This document shows positions 58,430 through 64,000 of a stretch of 64,000 bases of DNA, piece after piece. The translations under genes and the position numbers were made by a program. Positions within the stretch are counted from its first letter, which is position 1; every line of letters starts with the position of its first letter. The notes under the pieces were generated by a model that was given only the letters and a program-made list of their open reading frames with translations, searched no databases and was not told where the DNA came from. The DNA comes from the human T2T-CHM13v2.0 reference genome, Homo sapiens, in the NCBI RefSeq assembly GCF_009914755.1, contig NC_060947.1. The stretch is one strand, 5' to 3'.

Positions 58430-61059
58430 ATACAAATAAATTTAAAAGTTTTTTATTTTTATTTTATTTTATTTTTATGGATACATAGTAGGTTTATATA
58501 TTTATGGAATACATGAGATGTTTTGATACAGGCTTGCAATGTGAAATAAGCACATCATGGAGCATGGGGTATCTATCCCTTCAAGCATTTATTATTTGAG
58601 TTGCAAGCGATCCAATTGCACTCTTTGAGTTATTTTAAAATGTACAATTCAGGTATTATTGACTATATTTGTGCTATAAAATAGTAGGTTTTATTCATTC
58701 TTTCTAATTATTTTATACCCATTAACCATTCCCACACACCCCTCAACCCCATACTACTCTTCCTAGGCTCTGGTAACCTTTTTTCTACTCTCTTTGTCCA
58801 TTACTTTAATTGATTTAATTTTTAGATCTGAAAAATAAGTGAAAACATGCAATGTTTGTCTTTCTCCACCTGGCTTATTGCACTTAACATAATGATCTCC
58901 CATTCCATCCGTGATGCTGTGAATGACTGAATCTTATATTTTTATGGCTGAATATTACTCCATTGTGTATATGTACCACAATTTCTTTATCCATTCATCA
59001 GTTGATAGAAACTTAGGTTGCTTCCAAATCTTAGCTATTGTAAACAGTGCTGCAACAAACATAGGAGTGCAGATATCTCTTTGATATACAGATTTCCTTT
59101 CTTCTGGGTATACACCCAGCAGTGAGATTGCTGGAATCATATGGTAGCTCAACTTTTAGTTTTTAGAAAAACCTCCAAACTCTTCTTCATAGTAGTTGTA
59201 CTAATTTACACTCCCACTAACTATATACAATGCTTCCCTTTCCCCCATATCCTTGCCAGCATGTTATTGTCTGTCTATTAAATATAAGCCACTTTAACTG
59301 GAGTGAGGTGATTTCTCATTGTAGTTTTGATTTGTGTTTCTCTGATAATCAATGATGCTGAGCACCTTTTCATATACCTGTTTTCCAATATGTATGTCTT
59401 CTTATGATAAATGTCTATTCAAATTTTTGCCCATTTTTTATCAGATTATTAGACTTTTTCCTCTAGAGCTATTCGAGCTCTTTATATATTCTGGTTATAA
59501 CTCCCTTGTCACATGGCTATCTTGTAAATATTTTCCCCATTCTGTACATTTACTTTTCACTTTGTTGGTTGTATTTTTTGCAGTGCAGAAGCTTTTTAAC
59601 TTGATGTGATCCCATTTGTCTATTTTTGCTTCAATTGGTTGTGCTTGTGGGATATTGCTCAAGAAATCTTTGCCCAGTCCAATCTCCTTGAGAGCTTCCA
59701 CAAAGTTTTTTGTAATAGTTTCATACTTTGAGGTCCTAGGTTTAAGTCTCTAATCCAGTTTCATTAGACTTTTGTATATTTTGATATATAGGAGTCTAGC
59801 TTTATTGTTCTGCATATGGATATCCAGTTTTTCCAGCACCATTTATCTTAGAGATTGTGTTTTACCCAATGTGTATTCTCAGCACTTTTGTCAAAAATGA
59901 GTTCACATTAGGTGTGTAGATTTGTTTCTGGGTTCTCTATTGTTTTCCGTTGCTCTATGTGTCTGTTTTTATGTAAGTACCATGTTGTTTTGGTTACTAT
60001 AGCTCTGTAGTATGATTTAAAGTTAGGTAATATGATTTCTCCAGTTATGTTCTTTTTGCTCAGGATAGCTTAGGCTATTCTGGGTCTTTTGTTGTTTCAT
60101 ATAAATCTTAGAATAGTTTTCTTCTATTTCTGTGAAGAATGTCATTGGTATTTTGATAGGGATTGCATTGAATCTATATATTGCTTTGAAAAGTAAGGCC
60201 ATTTAAACAATATTTATTCTTGCAATCCACATACATATTTTTTTTTCTTTTTTTTGGTGGTGTCCTCTTCATTTTCTTTCATCAGTGTTTTATAGTTTTT
60301 ACTATAAAGATAATTTACTTCTTTGGTTAATTCTTTGATATTAAATTTTATTAGTAAATTTTATTGTAAATAGGATTAGTTTCTTGATTTTTTTTTCACA
60401 CTGTTCACTGTTGGCATAATGAAATGTTAATGTTTTTTAATGTTGATTTTGTATCCTGCAACTTTATTAAATTTGTTTATCAGTTCCAATGATTTTCCTG
60501 TGGAGTCTTTAAGATTTTGCAAATATAAGATCACATTATCTAGATAATTTTAGTATTTAGTTTTCAATTTGGATGCCCTTTATATATCCCTCTTATTATG
60601 TTGAATAACAATGTTGACAGTGGGTATCCTTGTCATGTCCCAGAACTTAGAAAAAAAATTTATGTTTTTCCCCATTCAGTAGGATAGATGCTAGCTGTGG
60701 GTCTGCCATATTTCTCTTTTATTACGTTGAGTTATGTTCCTTCTATACCCAGTTTTTGAGGGCTTTTATCATGAAAAGATGTTGAATTTTATCAAATTTT
60801 ATCAAATGCTTCTTCAGCATCAATTGAATGATTATACAGTTTCTATCTTTCATTTTGTTGATACGATGTATCCCATTCATTTATTTGCATATGTTAAACC
60901 ATCCTTGCATTACAGGAATAAATCCCACTTGGTCTTTCTAATATGTTGTTGAATTCAGTTTGTTAGTATTTTGTTGAGAATTTTTGCATCAATATTATCA
61001 GAGATATTGGCCTGTAGTTTACTTTTCTTGATGTGTCTTTGTCTGGTTTTGGTATCAGG
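58430..61059 (-). mobile_element. L1MA2-like 3' ~2.6 kb
   Basis: 3'UTR gtgaaataagcacatcatggag..ggggtatc; ORF2 C-terminal ICTPMFVAALFTIAK. Confidence 0.9.
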
Positions 61060-61099
61060 CTTCTGGCTTCGGTATCAGGTACTGGCTTCACAGAAACAG

Positions 61100-61232
61100 T
61101 TTGGTTTTCTTCTAGGGTTTTTATGGTTTTAGGTTTTACATTTAAGTCTTTAATCCATCTTGAGTTAATTTTTGTGTAACATGTAAGAAAGGAGTCCAGC
61201 TTCAGTTTTCTGCATATGGCTACCCAGTTTCT
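61100..61232 (-). mobile_element. Short L1 ORF2 fragment at a complex junction
   Basis: ttttcttctagggtttttatgg...tttaatccatcttgagttaatttttg. Confidence 0.8.
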
Positions 61233-61237
61233 TGGAT

Positions 61238-62908
61238 TTCTACAACAAAAACTATAAAACACTGCTCAAAGAAATCATAGATGACACAAACAAATGAAAA
61301 CACATCTCATGCTCATGCATGGGTAGAATCCATATTGTGAAAATGACCATACTGCCAAAAGCAATCTACGAATTCAATTCAATTCCCATCAAAATACCAT
61401 CACCATTCTTCACAGAACTAGAAAAAAAAATCTTAAAATTTTTATGGAACAAAAAGAGCCCAAATAGCCAAAGCAAGACTAAGCAAAAGAACAAGTCTGG
61501 AGGGACCACATTATCTGACTTCAAACTATACCAAGAGGCTATAGTCACTAAAACAGTATGGTACTGATATAAAAATAGACACATAGATAAATGCAATGGA
61601 AGAGAGAACCCAAAAATAAAGCCAAATACTTACAGCCAACTGAACTTTGACAAAGAAAACAAAAACTTAAAGTAGGGAAAGGACATCCTATTCAACAAAT
61701 GGTGCTGGGATAATTGACAAGCCACATGTAGAGAATGAAACCGTATCCTCATCTCTCACTTTATACAAAAATCAAATCAAGATGGATCAAAGACTTAAAT
61801 CTAAGACATGAAACCATACAAAATTCTAGGATATAACATCAAAAAAACTCTTCTAGACATTGGCTTAGGCAAAGAGTTTATGACCAAGAACCCAAAAGGA
61901 AATGCAACGAAAACAAAAATAAATAGATGGGACTTAATTAAACTAAAAAGCTTCTTCACAGCCAAAAAAATAATCAGTAGAGTAAACAGACAATCCACAG
62001 AGTGGGAGAAGATCTTTCCAAACTGCATCTGAAAAAAGACTAGTGTCCAGAATCTACAAGGAATTCAAATCAGCAAGAAAATATAAAACAATCCCATCAA
62101 AAGTTGGCTAAGGACATGAATAGACAATTCTCATAAAAAGATATACACAAGGTCAATAAACGTATGAAACAATGCTCAACATCACTAATTATCAGGGAAA
62201 TGTAAATCAAAACCACAATGTTTTACCACCTTACTATTGCAAGAATGTTCATAATTAAAAAATAAAAAAAAAAGATGTTGACATAGAGATAGTGAAAAGA
62301 TAACACTTTTACACTGCTGGTGGGAAGGTAAACTACTACCACTATGGAAAACAGTATGGGGATTTCTTAAGGAACTAAAAGTAGAACTACCATTTGATCC
62401 AGCAATCCCACTACTGGGTATTTATCCAGAGGAAAAGAAGTCTTTACATGAAAAAGACATTTGCACATGCATGTTTGTAACAGCACAATTCGCAATTGCA
62501 AAAATATGGACCCAGCCGAAACGCCCATAATTCGAGTGTATAAAGAAAATGTGGTATACATACACCATGCAATACTACCCAGCCATAAAAATGAATGAAA
62601 TAATGGCATTCACAGCAACCTGAATGGAGTTGAAGGCCATTATGCTAAGTGAAGTAACTCAGGAATGTAAAACAAAACATAGTATGTTCTCACTTATAAG
62701 TGGGAGCTAAAGTTATGAGTACACAAAGTCCTGAGAATGATATAATGGACTTGGAGGACTCAAGGGAAAGGGTGGGAGGGGTTGTGGGATACAAGACTAC
62801 ACATTGGGTACAGTGTACACTGCTTGGGTAATGGATGCACCAAAATCTCACAAATCACCACTAAAGAACTTATCCATGTAACCAAACACCATCTGTTCCC
62901 CAAAAACT
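61238..62908 (+). mobile_element. L1PB3/4-like 3' ~1.7 kb
   Basis: [16 protein letters not shown] remnant; 3'UTR gactacacattgggtacagtgtacac...gttccccaaaaact. Confidence 0.9.
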
Positions 62909-62929
62909 GACCACTTTGCTATTTTGTCT

Positions 62930-63100
62930 TATTTTTATTATTCCAGCAATTATATGAGATAATTTTTACTATCACACTTCACATATGAGGAAACAGAATA
63001 GACAGTTTAAATCTCTTGCCAGAAATTACATTGTTGATAAATAGTTGAACCTAGATATAAACTCAGATCTGTTTAAGTCTGAAATCTATACTCTTTCCAG
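62930..63100 (-). mobile_element. MIR
   Basis: cacatatgaggaaacaga...aactcagatctg. Confidence 0.55.
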
Positions 63101-63199
63101 TGTGTTTTTCTGCTTCTCATAATTTAGGGTTGTGAAATTATGACAAAAGTTACAGAAGAGGAAAAGAAAGTAGCTAGGTTCAAAAGTCACGAATTTACT

Positions 63200-63425
63200 A
63201 ATAACAATATTATATATTGAGTAGTTACTATAAGACGGGCACTCTTTAATGCATATTTCGTTACACTTTTACAATCCCAAGAGAATGGTATTATTATTAC
63301 TCTTTTATAGATGAAGGAACTGAGGGAGAAAACAGTTATGCACTGAACTTTAGGTTGTACAACTAGCGAACAGTAATAGCAGAGTTTTAAACCTAAGTTT
63401 GACAGACTCTAGAGACCACGCTCTG
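63200..63425 (-). mobile_element. MIR
   Basis: tattgagtagttacta...ttttatagatgaaggaactgagg. Confidence 0.65.
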
Positions 63426-64000
63426 TAGAAAAAAAAAGTGCTTCACTGGAAAACAATCCATTTTCTAGACTCTAGAGAACACCTCTCTGAGTTTTCTGAT
63501 TCTAAAAGCTATTTAATAACTCTGTAAACTGTAAACAAATGGAAACAATGAAAAATACTTCTTATTTATGGATTTGCAAATTCTGTCTATTCAGAAGTCC
63601 AAATAACTTCTCTTTTTTGGTCCCTCATCCTACTAGAAAAAACCAGTTTTGCTTCCATTTGAACATTTATTTTAATTTTTCTGATCTTTAAATTTATTTG
63701 TTCTTCAGAGTCTCTTTCGAACCAGTAGTCATATCTGTGTTGTTTCCTCATGGCTAAATGAAATATATAACATATTTGTATGACAGTCATGATTTTACTT
63801 TTTTTTTTTTGAAAATTGTCTCTTAACAGTTTTCCAGAGATGCCTAGTGAGTTCTTCTAATGGAACCAAGCAAACTTAACGAGAGAAGTGCACCTCATAA
63901 GCGGTTTAAGCCCAGACCAGTCTTTCTTGGCTTCTAAAGGTGACTCCAAATTGGCAATATAGCACTGCTGACTTTCTTTTTGTTGTTATTGTTGTTTTGA

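Overview
AT-rich primate (almost certainly human) genomic DNA. An AluYb8 is present, and the window is dominated by nested retroelements: LINE-1 of many ages, Alu/FAM/FLAM, THE1/MST/MLT MaLR LTRs, MER4-group ERV1, MIR/L2 and hAT MITEs. I can support no intact cellular protein-coding gene. Most track ORFs are broken L1 ORF1/ORF2 pieces or chance readings through Alu/THE1. Two host-derived sequences stand out: an old intronless ferritin light chain (FTL) retrocopy fragment at ~7.0-7.47 kb and a U6 snRNA fragment fused directly to an L1 at 36.6 kb. Other notable structures are a THE1C provirus whose 5' LTR appears split by a multi-kb foreign block, a full-length L1PA4-6 with a short 3' transduction, an L1 5'UTR/3'UTR fusion, a twin-primed L1, an inverted Alu-Alu fusion, an unusually long TSD, and a G-U-rich hairpin in unique DNA. 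I found no convincing new biological system; the findings are mostly records of retrotransposition and rearrangement. Subfamily names come from recalled consensus sequences, not a database search, and boundaries are approximate.
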